Shown here piece after piece: positions 20,001 through 29,821 of a stretch of 64,000 nucleotides of DNA; within the stretch, counting starts at the first letter, position 1, and each line of letters opens with the position of its first letter. Where the stretch lies: the NCBI GenBank assembly GCA_041577335.1, contig JBFGJH010000008.1:1-64000 (forward strand), in the 5' to 3' direction. The translations under genes were made by a program, and so were the position numbers. The notes under the pieces are model-generated. The model did not search any database. It saw nothing but the letters and a program-made list of their open reading frames with translations, and was not told the DNA's origin. The stretch is from Acidimicrobiia bacterium (GTDB lineage Bacteria; Actinomycetota; Acidimicrobiia; Spongiisociales; JAENVV01).

Positions 20001-23000
20001 ATAGGTGAAGGTGTCGGCACCAAAGAACCCTGGGTCAGGCGCATACGTGATCTCGCCGGTTACTGGATCGACCGAGACCGTGCCGTTGGTGGGCCCCGAG
20101 GTGACTGTGACCGAGGCAGGGTCGAGAACGCCGTCGGCGTCCGAGTCGTTCAAGAGCACATCCACCGTGACGGCTTGCTCCTGGTTGGTGGCGTCCGCGT
20201 CGTCATTCACGATGGGCGGCTCATTGACGAGGACGTCCAGAACGGCTGTATCGCATTCCCCTGCAAGGTCACAGACCTCGTAGGTGATCTGATCGTTCCC
20301 ACTGAATCCGGGATCGGGCGTATAGGTGATCTCGCCGGTCACGGCATCCACCGACACCGTGCCGTCGAAAGGTCCGAACACGACGGACACCGAGGTCGGA
20401 TCGATATTTGATTCGGCGTCCGTGTCGTTGGCGAGCACGTCGACCGTGACAGGAACGTCCACGTCGGTCACTGCCGCGTCATCCACGGCCACAGGCGGCG
20501 TGTTGAAGGCCGACACCGTTACCGTGACGACGGCGCTGTCACAGGCGCCGAGGTCGTCGCACACCTGGTACACAAAGGTGTCGTCACCGATGAAGCCAGG
20601 ATCGGGTGTGTACGTGACTGCACCCGTGACCGGATCGACGGCAACCGTCCCCGTGTTCGGCAGGGCGAGAATCGAGACCGACGTGGGATCGATGTTCCCG
20701 TCGGCGTCGGTGTCGTTGGCCAGCACGTCGATCACTACTGCGGTGTTGGCGAGTGTGCCGGCCGTGTCGTCGACGGCGACCGGGGTGGAATTGATGTCCA
20801 CGGAGACGGTCTCCACCGAGCACGCACCGCCGTCATCACACACCTCGTATGTGAAGACCTCGGTGCCGGTGAATCCGGCATCGGGGGTATACGTCACGGT
20901 GCCATCAGGTTCGATCACCGCTGTGCCGTTGATCGGCGGCGTCGGAAACCCGGTCACGGTGAGCGGGTCGCCTTCCGGATCGGTGTCATTGTCCAACACG
21001 TCGAGGTTGATAGGAGTGGCCTCGTTGGTGAGTCCGCTGTCGGGGGCGGTGACCGGGGCACCGTTGACCGTGACCGTGACCGTGGCCATGGCACAAGCGC
21101 CATCATCGTCGCACACTTCGTAATCGAACGTATCGGTGCCGAAGAAGCCCGGATCGGGCGTGTACGTCGCTTCCCCTGTGGCGGGATCGATGACCACGCT
21201 CCCGTCCGAAGGTCCGTTGGTGATCGTGACCGAACCCGGATCGAGGGTGCCGTCAGAATCGGAATCGTTGACAAGGAGGTCGATCGTCACCGCAGTGTCC
21301 TGGTTGGTCTCGGCCGAGTCGTCGCCAGCCACAGGCGGCAGGTTGACGAGCACCGTGACCGAGTCGCTCGCCGTGACTTGCTGGCCGAGCGAGTCGTCGG
21401 CCGTCACGCTTGCGACGTTGGCGACGTCGTTGGTCCCCGCCACCGTCGAGCAGTCAAAGATCCACGTCTCACCTACCTCCAGCACGCCCAGGGCGCCTCC
21501 GTCACCACTCACCAAGGTGAGCCCCGAGCACGTGTCGTCTGTGACCACGACATTCACGAGCGGGTCGTCACCGACGTTCTCCACCTCGATGGTGTACGTG
21601 ATCGACGTGCCTGGCGTGACCTGGGTGGCGTCGGCGGTCTTACGCAGATCGAGCGCCGGGTCGATCACATCGACCGAGGCCGTGTCGGTTGCTGAGACCA
21701 CTGATTGGCCTAGCTCGTCGAGGGCGGATGCAAACGCCGTGTTGGTGACATCACCCGTGACCGTCACGTCGCACGTGAACCGCCAGATCTCGCCGCCATC
21801 GAATATGGCGTCGCCGTTGCCGGATTGCTCCGAGTCAAACACGGGCGTCGGACATCGGTCATCGATGACAGAAACCGAGAACAGCGGCTCATCTCCCGTG
21901 TTCTCGACGTTGTATCGATAAGAGGCGGTGCCACCCGTGGTCACAACCGGTGTCAGCGTGCTCTTCGAGATACTGAGGCCGGTGATGAGTACATTGACAG
22001 ATTCGGTGTCGGTGTCGGTGACGTTGGCGAGGGTGGGGATATCCGTCCCGCCGGCGTCGACCGGGTTGGCGGTCACCACCGCCACATTGGTTGTGTCTAC
22101 GGTGACGCTGACGGTGATCGCGCACGTCACCGAGTCACCGGGAGCAACCGGCCAACTCCCTGAATCGCAAGCGAGGGTGACGTCGTCACCGGGCACGGCC
22201 GGCGTGCCGGCGTCGTCGACGATGGACACGTTCGATACGTGAACGTCCCCATCGTTCGTGACGACGTAGGTATAAGTGACCGGATCGCCCGGATTCACGG
22301 TGGTCGCATCGGCGGTCTTGTTCATCGACACGCTCGGGTTCACCACATCGACCGTATCGGTTGAGGTGCCAATCAGAAGGGTCTCGTCTGAGGTGACCTC
22401 GGCAGTGTTTGACACCGTTGCGCTCGGGCCGCCGGCCGCGTCGTAGGTGACAGTAACCGTGGCAGTGGCTCCGGCAGCCAGGACGGGAATGGTGCAACTG
22501 ATTGCGTTGGACGGCGGATCACAAGTTCCGCCCATGTCGGCGCCGACGGCTGTCACCGTGAGTGCGGTGTCGACCGCGTCGGTGACCACGACGTTGTCGG
22601 CATCGGATGCGCCACTGTTCCTGACAGCGATTGTGAAGGAGTAGGGCCCTGTGCCGGCCGCGACCGGGTCCTCGATGAAAGCCTTCGTGACAGCCAGGTC
22701 GACGTCCTCACTGATCTCGACCGAGGCGAAAGCGCTGCCGAAATTGCCGTTGGCGTCACCGACATTGGCGACGTTGGGCACAGTGGCCGCGTCCACCGTC
22801 TCGGCCACCGAATAGGTGACGAGCACTGTCACGGTGGCCCCGGCAACGAGCGGATCGAACGTGCAGTCGATGTCCTGACCCGAAGATCCATCCACCCCGC
22901 CGGTGCAGTCGACCGCGGTGACCTGCAGACGCGAGTCCACGGTGTCAGTGATGTTCACCGCTGACGTGTCGGACAGCCCATCGTTGGCGACGGTGATTGT

Positions 23001-26000
23001 GAACTGGTTGCCCACCGACCCCGCCACCGCTGTGGTCGGGCCGAAGGCCTTCGACGCCGAGAGCAAGATCGAACCGAACACATTGACCGACGAGAGGGAC
23101 GTGGCGGTGTTGCCGGCGAAGTCCACGACGTCGAACTGATTCCCGATCGTCGTGGGGGCCACCGATGACGAGATGTCATACGTGATCGTCACCACGGCCG
23201 AGGCGCCGGCAAGGATGGTGCCAAACGTACAAGTGACGTTCTGACCTGCTGTGGAATCCACCCCGCCACCGCAATCAACGGCGGTCACCGAGAGCCGGGC
23301 GTCGACCGAATCCGTGACCACCACCGTATTGGCATCGGAAATTCCGTTGTTTTCGACTGTGAGGGTCATCTGATTTCCCGTGGAACCGGCGGCCGCCGTG
23401 GCCGGTGTGAACTGCTTCACGGCGTCGAGATCGATGACGGTGACGACCTCGACCGAGCTCAGGCCCGAGGCGGCGTTCGCGTCGGCGTCGGTGGCGAGGG
23501 CGGTATTGGGGATCAAGGCGGCATTGACAGTCCCATCGACGTCATAGGTGACGAGGATGGTTGCTGAACCGCCGGGCGCCAGTGAGGCATATGTGCAATC
23601 GATGTCCTGACCGCTCGATGCGTCGACCCCACCTCCACAATCCACACCCGTCACGGTGAGCCGGGCGTCGAACGTGTCGGTGACGTTCACGGACTCGGCA
23701 TCCGAGGTGCCGATGTTCTCGACGAGAATCGAGAATTGGTGCCCGCCGGTTCCTGCGATCACCGAGGCGGGGCTGGGGAGCTTGGTGACAGCCAGCACGA
23801 CATTCTCAGAGATCGTGATCGATCCCGAGGCGGTGGCACTGTTGGCGTCGCCATCGACAACAGCGGCGTTGTTGACGATGGTCGCAGACTCCTCGGATGC
23901 GCCGACATCGTAGGTGACGGTGACCGTGGCACTGGCGCCCGCCGCCAAGACGGCAAACGTGCACGTCACGTCTTGGCCGGCCGACGTATTCACGCCACCG
24001 CCACAATCGACCGCGGCAACGACGAGGCGGGCGTCGACGGCGTCGGTTACCACCACTCCCGTGGCATCGGAGGTCCCGCTGTTCGTCACCGTGAGGGTGA
24101 ACTGATTTCCGGTCGTTCCGCCGTCCACGGCAGACGGCGTGAAGGCCTTGGCGAGTTGCAGCCCCACATCTTCGACGATGTCCATGCTGGCCGTATTGGA
24201 TGAGGTAGCCGCTTGTTCATCGGACGCCACCGTGGCCAGGTTGGAAATCGTTGCGCCGGCCTCAGAGCTGTCCACGGTGAAATCGACGGTGAGCGTCACC
24301 GATGTTCCCGCTCCCAACGAGGAGAACGAACAGTCGACGGCGTTGCCGACGGTGCCATCGGTACCGCCCTGCCCAGCGCAGTCAGTGCCGGTGACGGTGA
24401 GGGCCGGGTCGACGTTATCGACGATGGACACGTTCTCGGCGTCCGACGTCCCGGCGTTGGTGACGACCACGCTGAAGCTCGAGGCGGCTCCGCCGGCGAC
24501 GACGACCGGATCGGTGAAAAGCTTCGCGGCGGTGAGGTCAACGTCTTCGACGACACTGACCCCTGTTGTGTTGGAAGGGGTTGACGCTTGCTCGTCGGAA
24601 GAGACCTGGGCGGTATTTGAGATAGTCGACGTGTCGGTGGACTCGGGAACGTCGTAGGTGACGGTCAGAGTGGCGGTGGACCCGGCGGTCACGAGTGGGA
24701 GCGTGCAGGTGACAGCATTCCCTACCGTCGAGTCCGATCCTCCCAGCGCTGAGCAATCGGTGCCGGTGACGGTGAGGTCTGCGTTCACGGTGTCGGTTAT
24801 CACGACGTTCTCCGCGTCTGAAAGGCCTGCATTCGTAACGGCGACGGTGAAGCTGTTGCCGGAGGAACCGGCAGTCACAGGGTCAACGACGAACGTCTTC
24901 GCCGCCGACAGCTGCACGTCTTCTTGAACGCCAACGGTGGCAGTGTTGGAGTTGGTGGCTCCTTGCTCATCGGAAGAGACCTGAGCCGTGTTGGAGATCG
25001 TGCCGGGGCCGGCCGAGGCGAGGACATCGAACGTCACTGTGAGCGTGGCCGTCCCGCCTCCCACAACGTTCGGCAATGCACACGACACGTTGTTGCCAAT
25101 CGTGTTGTCAGTCCCTCCCAGGGCAGCACAGTTGGTGCCGGTCACGGTGAACGCCGGGTCAACCGTGTCGACGACCAGAACGTTGTCGGCGTCCGAGACG
25201 CCCGAGTTCAGGACGGCGACCGTAAATGTGTTGCCAGTCGATCCGGCGTCGATCGGGTCGGCGGTGAAGCTCTTGGTGGCCACCAAGGTCACCCCTTCTA
25301 CGACGTTGACAGAGGCAGTGTTCGAGTCGGTGGTTGCCTGCTCGTCTGATGACACCTGCGCCACGTTCGAGACGGTTTGTGTGTCTACGGTCGTCGCAAC
25401 CGTGAACGTGACTTGGAGGGTGAAACTTCCGCCCGGCGCCACCGTCAGGCCAGAGCAGTCAACCGAGTTGCCCACTGTGTTTTCGGTACCACCTTGGGCA
25501 CCACAATCGGTGCCGGTGACGGTGAGGGAAGCGTCAACGGCATCGACGATCGCAACGTTGTCGGCAGTCGTGGTTCCGCTGTTGGCGACGACGAGATCGA
25601 AGGTATGCGAGGTGCCGGCACCGGCCGTCACCGAAGCGTCGGCAAACGTCTTGGTGATGTCCAATACGACATTCTCCGTTACGTCGACCGTGTCGGACGC
25701 AGAAACCGGCCCGGCCTCGTCGGACTGGACGGTGGCGGAGTTCGAGATCGTGCCGACTGGGGTTGAGGCCGGTACGTCGTACGTCACAACGATTGAGGCG
25801 GCCGCCCCGCCCGCCAGGGTGAGGAAAGTACAGTCGACCGTGTTGCCCGTCGTGTTGTTGGTTCCGCCGTCGCAGTCAACCGACACCACCGTCAAGGCCG
25901 GGTCCACAGTGTCGGTCACGCTCACGTTGTCCGCGTCGCTGACGCCTCCGTTGGCGATGTCGATCGAGAAGGTGTAGGACCCGGTGCCTGCCGGAACATC

Positions 26001-27740
26001 GGCATCGGCAAAGGTCTTCGTTGTTGTCCAGCTGACATCTTTGACGATGGTGTTGGTGTCGGTGGCGGTATTCGATGCTGGACCGGGATCGGTTGTGTCA
26101 CTGGCTACGGTCACCGTATTGGCGACCGACCCGGCGATAGCACCGGCTGGGACGGTGTAGTCGACCGTCACGGTGGCGGTGGAGCCGGGATTGAGGTCCC
26201 CGAGAGTGCAGCTGAACGAAGGGCCGGCACCACAGCTGCCCTGCGAGGCAGTGACGGAGCCCTGGGCGAGGTCGGCCGGCCAGGTGTCGGTGAGCACCAC
26301 ATTCTCGGCCTGGGTGGGGCCGTTGTTGGTCACGGTGACGGTATAGGTGTGAGTTGCCGGGTCACCGGCCGTGACGGTGGAGAGGCCGTCGGTCTTGGTG
26401 ACTCCGAGATCCGCCTCGAGCGGCCCCACCGTCACGGCGGCGCCGGCCGGCACGTTATCCGACGTGTCATCGCGCGTGGAATCGATAGTGACCGGCACCG
26501 GACCGAGCTCGCCGACCGCGCTGTTCAGGTAGGTGCCGTTGATGTTGGGTACGTCGACGCCATACGTCAGCGTCGATGTCCCCCCGGCGGGAGTGGTGAA
26601 GACCCCGCTGAAAGTGAGCTGCTGGCCGCTGATCTGAGGATCGGGAATCGCCACTCCGTTGAACAACGGCGTAACGGATGCGTCGAAAGTCACGGTCGCC
26701 GGAGATGACGGAAGGGTGTCCACGATGGCGTCGAGAGAGGAACTGACTGCACCATCGTTGTGGATCGTGACGGTGTAGACCGCTTTGCCGCCCGTCGGAA
26801 GCGACGTGGGAGAGGCCGACTTCTCGAGCCAGAGCAAGCTGACGGGAGGATCAAGAGGAGGAATCGCCTGATACTCAGCCGTCCCGGTGCTGGTGTGCTT
26901 CACCGGGTTGCCGGAGTTGATGTTGTTGATGGGAGCCACCGTGGTCGGAGCGGTGGTGGTGCCCTGGGCCACGAAGGTATAGACGATGGTGTACGAGTAC
27001 TTCTGGTTGGCCAGCCCTGTGATGAAGAGGGTGTCGTTGTAGTCGATGCCCGTACCTGGGGGCGCGCCCTCGTCTCGTAACTCCATGGTGACGGCGACGA
27101 GCTGATATGCATTGGCAGGCCAGCCGAGAAGGCTGGCCGGGGTAAGGGCGAAACGGCCCGCTCCGCCCACCTGTCCGGTGTCTCCCGTGACGGTGATCGT
27201 CATCAACCCGCCCAGCTCCTGGGGGGTGGGCCCGTTGGTGACGGCCGTGACCTTGTTGGCATTGGCCGAGATCGTGTTCACGACCCGCGCGAGCGACTGC
27301 GCCGAGTCGCAGATCTCGTTGGCGGGTGATGGTGTCCCCGAGAACATGTTGACTGTGTGGGTTTGGGCGCTGTTGGAGGTCGACGTTGTCGTCACATAGA
27401 AGTAGGCATAGACGGTGGATCCGGCCGCGAGAGCGCCGAAATGCTGGATGCCATCTTCGTTGGTCGCCAGACCCACGACCCCGGCGAAGTTATCGACCGA
27501 TACCCAGAAGTCGTCGATTGGGGAGCCGGTGTTGTTGGTGATCTGGTAGCCGAGATACATGCCATTGATGGCGTCGCCGAAGTCCGAATAGAAGATCGGT
27601 GAGTGCACAGGTGTGACCGAGAACTGCCCGGCGGTACAAGGAGCGGCCAGCGCCGGAGCGGCGGGGATGATCGTCGCCGCCACGAACACCAGCGCCGCGA
27701 ATGACGCGACAGCGCGATGGCTCCGGCGTCTCGGCCTCAT
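17019..27740 (-). CDS. Giant (~3570 aa) sortase-anchored surface protein with DUF11-like Ig repeats, cadherin-like/Big_9 repeats and a putative Ig (He_PIG-like) domain
   Basis: Signal peptide ending APALA; about 15 DUF11-type repeats; 14 NxPPVAVDD...TYTPDPGF.G.D.F.YEVCD repeats; C-terminal LPTTG, TM helix and ERRA tail. Start at ATG 27740 (ORF track 27785). Confidence 0.9.
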   Translation of the reverse strand: MRPRRRSHRAVASFAALVFVAATIIPAAPALAAPCTAGQFSVTPVHSPIFYSDFGDAINGMYLGYQITNNTGSPIDDFWVSVDNFAGVVGLATNEDGIQHFGALAAGSTVYAYFYVTTTSTSNSAQTHTVNMFSGTPSPANEICDSAQSLARVVNTISANANKVTAVTNGPTPQELGGLMTITVTGDTGQVGGAGRFALTPASLLGWPANAYQLVAVTMELRDEGAPPGTGIDYNDTLFITGLANQKYSYTIVYTFVAQGTTTAPTTVAPINNINSGNPVKHTSTGTAEYQAIPPLDPPVSLLWLEKSASPTSLPTGGKAVYTVTIHNDGAVSSSLDAIVDTLPSSPATVTFDASVTPLFNGVAIPDPQISGQQLTFSGVFTTPAGGTSTLTYGVDVPNINGTYLNSAVGELGPVPVTIDSTRDDTSDNVPAGAAVTVGPLEADLGVTKTDGLSTVTAGDPATHTYTVTVTNNGPTQAENVVLTDTWPADLAQGSVTASQGSCGAGPSFSCTLGDLNPGSTATVTVDYTVPAGAIAGSVANTVTVASDTTDPGPASNTATDTNTIVKDVSWTTTKTFADADVPAGTGSYTFSIDIANGGVSDADNVSVTDTVDPALTVVSVDCDGGTNNTTGNTVDCTFLTLAGGAAASIVVTYDVPASTPVGTISNSATVQSDEAGPVSASDTVDVTENVVLDITKTFADASVTAGAGTSHTFDLVVANSGTTTADNVAIVDAVDASLTVTGTDCGAQGGTENTVGNSVDCSGLTVAPGGSFTLQVTFTVATTVDTQTVSNVAQVSSDEQATTDSNTASVNVVEGVTLVATKSFTADPIDAGSTGNTFTVAVLNSGVSDADNVLVVDTVDPAFTVTGTNCAALGGTDNTIGNNVSCALPNVVGGGTATLTVTFDVLASAGPGTISNTAQVSSDEQGATNSNTATVGVQEDVQLSAAKTFVVDPVTAGSSGNSFTVAVTNAGLSDAENVVITDTVNADLTVTGTDCSALGGSDSTVGNAVTCTLPLVTAGSTATLTVTYDVPESTDTSTISNTAQVSSDEQASTPSNTTGVSVVEDVDLTAAKLFTDPVVVAGGAASSFSVVVTNAGTSDAENVSIVDNVDPALTVTGTDCAGQGGTDGTVGNAVDCSFSSLGAGTSVTLTVDFTVDSSEAGATISNLATVASDEQAATSSNTASMDIVEDVGLQLAKAFTPSAVDGGTTGNQFTLTVTNSGTSDATGVVVTDAVDARLVVAAVDCGGGVNTSAGQDVTCTFAVLAAGASATVTVTYDVGASEESATIVNNAAVVDGDANSATASGSITISENVVLAVTKLPSPASVIAGTGGHQFSILVENIGTSDAESVNVTDTFDARLTVTGVDCGGGVDASSGQDIDCTYASLAPGGSATILVTYDVDGTVNAALIPNTALATDADANAASGLSSVEVVTVIDLDAVKQFTPATAAAGSTGNQMTLTVENNGISDANTVVVTDSVDARLSVTAVDCGGGVDSTAGQNVTCTFGTILAGASAVVTITYDISSSVAPTTIGNQFDVVDFAGNTATSLSSVNVFGSILLSASKAFGPTTAVAGSVGNQFTITVANDGLSDTSAVNITDTVDSRLQVTAVDCTGGVDGSSGQDIDCTFDPLVAGATVTVLVTYSVAETVDAATVPNVANVGDANGNFGSAFASVEISEDVDLAVTKAFIEDPVAAGTGPYSFTIAVRNSGASDADNVVVTDAVDTALTVTAVGADMGGTCDPPSNAISCTIPVLAAGATATVTVTYDAAGGPSATVSNTAEVTSDETLLIGTSTDTVDVVNPSVSMNKTADATTVNPGDPVTYTYVVTNDGDVHVSNVSIVDDAGTPAVPGDDVTLACDSGSWPVAPGDSVTCAITVSVTVDTTNVAVVTANPVDAGGTDIPTLANVTDTDTESVNVLITGLSISKSTLTPVVTTGGTASYRYNVENTGDEPLFSVSVIDDRCPTPVFDSEQSGNGDAIFDGGEIWRFTCDVTVTGDVTNTAFASALDELGQSVVSATDTASVDVIDPALDLRKTADATQVTPGTSITYTIEVENVGDDPLVNVVVTDDTCSGLTLVSGDGGALGVLEVGETWIFDCSTVAGTNDVANVASVTADDSLGQQVTASDSVTVLVNLPPVAGDDSAETNQDTAVTIDLLVNDSDSDGTLDPGSVTITNGPSDGSVVIDPATGEATYTPDPGFFGTDTFDYEVCDDDGACAMATVTVTVNGAPVTAPDSGLTNEATPINLDVLDNDTDPEGDPLTVTGFPTPPINGTAVIEPDGTVTYTPDAGFTGTEVFTYEVCDDGGACSVETVSVDINSTPVAVDDTAGTLANTAVVIDVLANDTDADGNIDPTSVSILALPNTGTVAVDPVTGAVTYTPDPGFIGDDTFVYQVCDDLGACDSAVVTVTVSAFNTPPVAVDDAAVTDVDVPVTVDVLANDTDAESNIDPTSVSVVFGPFDGTVSVDAVTGEITYTPDPGFSGNDQITYEVCDLAGECDTAVLDVLVNEPPIVNDDADATNQEQAVTVDVLLNDSDADGVLDPASVTVTSGPTNGTVSVDPVTGEITYAPDPGFFGADTFTYEVCDDAGSCGSATVTIDVNGAPQTAPDTATTNSGALVAIDVLANDTDPELDPMTVTDIPAAPTFGTAVINGGTGEVDYTPDPGFYGTDTFTYEVCDSLGACSIETVTVTVDGPPTAVDDGATTDVDIPVSIDVLANDTDPEGALDPSSVNVTTGPTNGSTTVDLVTGAITYSPDPGFVGADVFTYEVCDGATPPQCDIATVTVGVDDPVLNDPPVAVDDSDVTQIDASVTTAVLDNDLDPESGILTVNSVSNVTAGATVVINGDNTITYTPPSGFTGVDTYTYEVCDDGAPLACDTATVTITVNDPPVAADDGAATDEGVAVTIPVLANDSDGDGFLVPSSVTIVGLPSDGTVTVDPNTGDITYAPDPGFFGTDSFMYEVCDDLGGCATATVTVDVNALPVVPGTLAVTSDGSPVIIDVVAAATDPDGSIDPTSVSVVMPPANGAVAVDPVTGQITYTPDPGFSGIDVFTYEICDDDGGCSIGTIEVTVNGPPIAVDDTAATNQGLPVTIAVTANDSDPDGLDLAAVSVTTQPANGTATANPDGTVTYLPDPGFFGTDAFTYEVCDLLGACSLASVVVDVNGAPLAIPDAGTVDEGSSINIDVLANDSDPEADPLTVVGFPVAPSNGTVVIEADGTITYTPNPGFIGTDSFTYEVCDDQGACSEASISVTTNGLPIAVNDAAVTSPETPVDIDVLLNDIDPESALDPATVMVISGPSNGSVTVDAMTGVVTYSPDQGFFGTDTFVYEVCDDAGACSSATVSVEVGNPPPLGAPDFAVTNEDTAVTINVLANDSDPTGEALFIGAVTQPANGMVVVNVEGTITYTPDPEFSGEDTFTYEACDFDPGSPGGGGGQSCDIVSVTVTVLPINDPPTIVTANPITIGVGEPIPPLLAFDPDGTTFTFSLVGGALPPGVTLNPDGSFSGTSNVLGNFTFTVQVCDAGDPPSCSTVTFTLIVQALPTTGTAVFWWALIAVLLAMAGAGLVMTERLTERRA

Positions 27741-27987
27741 GCCGGACGACCATGCGGCTCGGCCCTGGATCCCACTTCGAAACACCCCATGGGGGTTGGC
27801 GATTCGCGGAGTATATGCAGCGTGATGCCCGGCTCAAAGGATGCGCGGCGGCCTCGACCTGGATCCGGGCTCAGGCGTGAAGACGGGCCACCGCGCTTCA
27901 TCGGACGCGTCGAACCAAAGCCCTAGGACCTCGCTAGCCCGGCATGCCCAAAGGGATCCGATCGGGGCGCGCGCGGAGCCGGCTGGA

Positions 27988-28416
27988 TCAGCTCAGCGCC
28001 GGGGCGGGCACACCGGTCTCGGCATACGCCTTGAGCGCCTGCAGCGTCATCGCCCACGTGAGCGCGACGGAACCCAGCTCTGCGTCGGCAACGCTGACGC
28101 TCCAGTCATCGTGGCGGAAAACAACCATGGTCCCGATGTCGCTCGGCATGGCCGCCCAGCTCACCCGAGTTCCGCCCCAGTTCGGCCATGGACCACGACA
28201 TTCCCACTCAACGAGATCGGCGCTCGACGAGCTGACGGTCATTTCCAGATCGACGGGCGCCTCGGCAAACCCGAACGCGAGCTCACCTCCGACCTCGGTG
28301 GAACCGGTCACAGACGGCGTCCAAAACGACGCCAGCCCGTCGGTCGTGGTCAATGCGGAAAGAATGATCGGCGCCGCTGCGGCGATATCAATGGCTAGGA
28401 CAATCGTGCGACTCAT
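27988..28416 (-). CDS. SRPBCC (AHSA1-like) domain protein
   Basis: ALTTTDGLASFW, VEWEC..PWPNWGGT, LKAYAETG. RBS GAAGGAG. Confidence 0.8.
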   Translation of the reverse strand: MSRTIVLAIDIAAAAPIILSALTTTDGLASFWTPSVTGSTEVGGELAFGFAEAPVDLEMTVSSSSADLVEWECRGPWPNWGGTRVSWAAMPSDIGTMVVFRHDDWSVSVADAELGSVALTWAMTLQALKAYAETGVPAPALS

Positions 28417-28434
28417 CGTGTCTCCTTCGATCTT

Positions 28435-28496
28435 TATTTAAGTAGCGACTTAAATAGTAACTCTGCTAACTTAAGCTCTGACTTAACTAATGTCAA
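28435..28496. promoter_or_regulatory. Divergent promoter region with two TTAAG-N6-CTTAA palindromes (putative ArsR operator) and a minus-strand TTGACA-N17-TAAGTT promoter
   Basis: TATTTAAGT-agcg-ACTTAAATA at 28435-28456 and TTAAG-ctctga-CTTAA at 28471-28486. Minus-strand TTGACA at 28496-28491 and TAAGTT at 28473-28468. Confidence 0.7.
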
Positions 28497-28508
28497 GCCC
28501 GGATCACC

Positions 28509-28826
28509 ATGACTGCACCAACAGCCGAAGCTCTTAGCGCCATCGCTTCTCCTCGGCGCCGCGACATGCTGCGACTGATGTGGGGCCGGGAGCTCAGTGC
28601 AGGTGAGCTCGCCTCGAACTTCGATATTTCCTGGCCGGCCGTGTCCCAGCACCTCACCACCCTCAAGCAGGCCGGTCTAGTGACAGAGCGGCGGGATGGT
28701 CGAAACCGCTACTACTCCTCCGACGAAACCATGGTGGGTTCTCTGGCCATGATCCTCGAACAGATGTGGGATAACGATCTCGATCGCTTGGCATCGCTCG
28801 CCGAGGAGGATGAACGCAATGGCTGA
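28509..28826 (+). CDS. ArsR/SmtB family transcriptional regulator
   Basis: AIASPRRRDMLRL, SAGELA..F.ISWPAVSQHL..LK.AGLV, RDGRNRYY. Confidence 0.9.
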   Translation: MTAPTAEALSAIASPRRRDMLRLMWGRELSAGELASNFDISWPAVSQHLTTLKQAGLVTERRDGRNRYYSSDETMVGSLAMILEQMWDNDLDRLASLAEEDERNG

Positions 28827-29256
28827 GGGCACGCGACAAATCGAGATGGAACGGCACATCAAGGCCACACCCGAGACGATATTCTCCTACTTCACCGACT
28901 CCGTTCGGTACGCCAAATGGATGGGCGTGAGTGCCACCCTCGACGCTCGGCCTGGTGGGATCTACCAGGTGCACACGCCGCAGGGCTATGTCGCGTTGGG
29001 GGAGTTCGTCGAGGTCGACCCACCCAAGCGGGTGGTTTTCACGTGGGGGTGGAAAGGCCATCCCACAATCCCGCCCGGGTCAAGCAGAGTGGAGATCACC
29101 CTGCAAACCAACGCCGACCACACCACGCTGAAGCTGATTCACAGTGGTCTGCCCATGGAGGAAATGGCCATCCACACCAGCGGCTGGGAACGATATCTCG
29201 GCAGGCTGACCGTCACCGCAGAGGGCGGCCAGGCCGGACCGGACGAGCCGCAGTGA
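28819..29256 (+). CDS. SRPBCC (AHSA1-like) domain protein
   Basis: LDARPGGIY, GEFVEVDPPKRVVFTWGW, HTSGW. Confidence 0.85.
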   Translation: MAEGTRQIEMERHIKATPETIFSYFTDSVRYAKWMGVSATLDARPGGIYQVHTPQGYVALGEFVEVDPPKRVVFTWGWKGHPTIPPGSSRVEITLQTNADHTTLKLIHSGLPMEEMAIHTSGWERYLGRLTVTAEGGQAGPDEPQ

Positions 29257-29681
29257 AGCTTCACGTGGAGCGAACCATCAACCGGCCCGCCCCCGAGGTC
29301 TTCGACTTCTACGCCAACGCATCCAACAACCCGATATGGCAGACGGGTATGAAGTCCTGTACGTGGACCAGCGAAGGAGCCATCGGTGTCGGTTCGACCT
29401 ACCGCCAAGAAGCCGAGTTCATGGGACGACCGATCGTATCGATATTCGAGGTGACAGAATTCGAGCCAGGACGGCGGATCCGGGTCGAGACAATCGAGAG
29501 CACGTTTCCCATTCAGGTCACCCGAACTGTCGATCCCATCGACGAATCATCATGCCTGGTTCGTGCCGACATCGCCGGCGGCCCGGGAGGAGTCATGAAA
29601 GTCTTCAGTCCGCTCACCGATCGGATGGCCACCAAGTCGATCAACGCCGACTATGACCGGCTGGTTGCTCACCTCAGCTGA
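29253..29681 (+). CDS. SRPBCC / polyketide-cyclase-like protein
   Basis: GTG start overlaps the previous TGA. INRPAPEVFDF, N.P.WQ, GVGSTY, VTEFEPGRRI. Confidence 0.8.
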   Translation: MKLHVERTINRPAPEVFDFYANASNNPIWQTGMKSCTWTSEGAIGVGSTYRQEAEFMGRPIVSIFEVTEFEPGRRIRVETIESTFPIQVTRTVDPIDESSCLVRADIAGGPGGVMKVFSPLTDRMATKSINADYDRLVAHLS

Positions 29682-29821
29682 ACGCCCAACCCGCCGAGAC
29701 GCCCGGACGGGGCCGTTGCGACCGAACTGCGGGCCCAGTCAAGAATGGGTGTCTGAAAAGTGGGTTCAACCCTGGGTCACCGATTTGGTTAGCGTTGCGC
29801 CGACCATTCAGGAAGGGCCAC

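Noticed and set aside
17113..27399. Many Thr/Val/Ser-rich plus-strand ORFs
   Set aside because: They are antisense shadows of the giant repeat protein.
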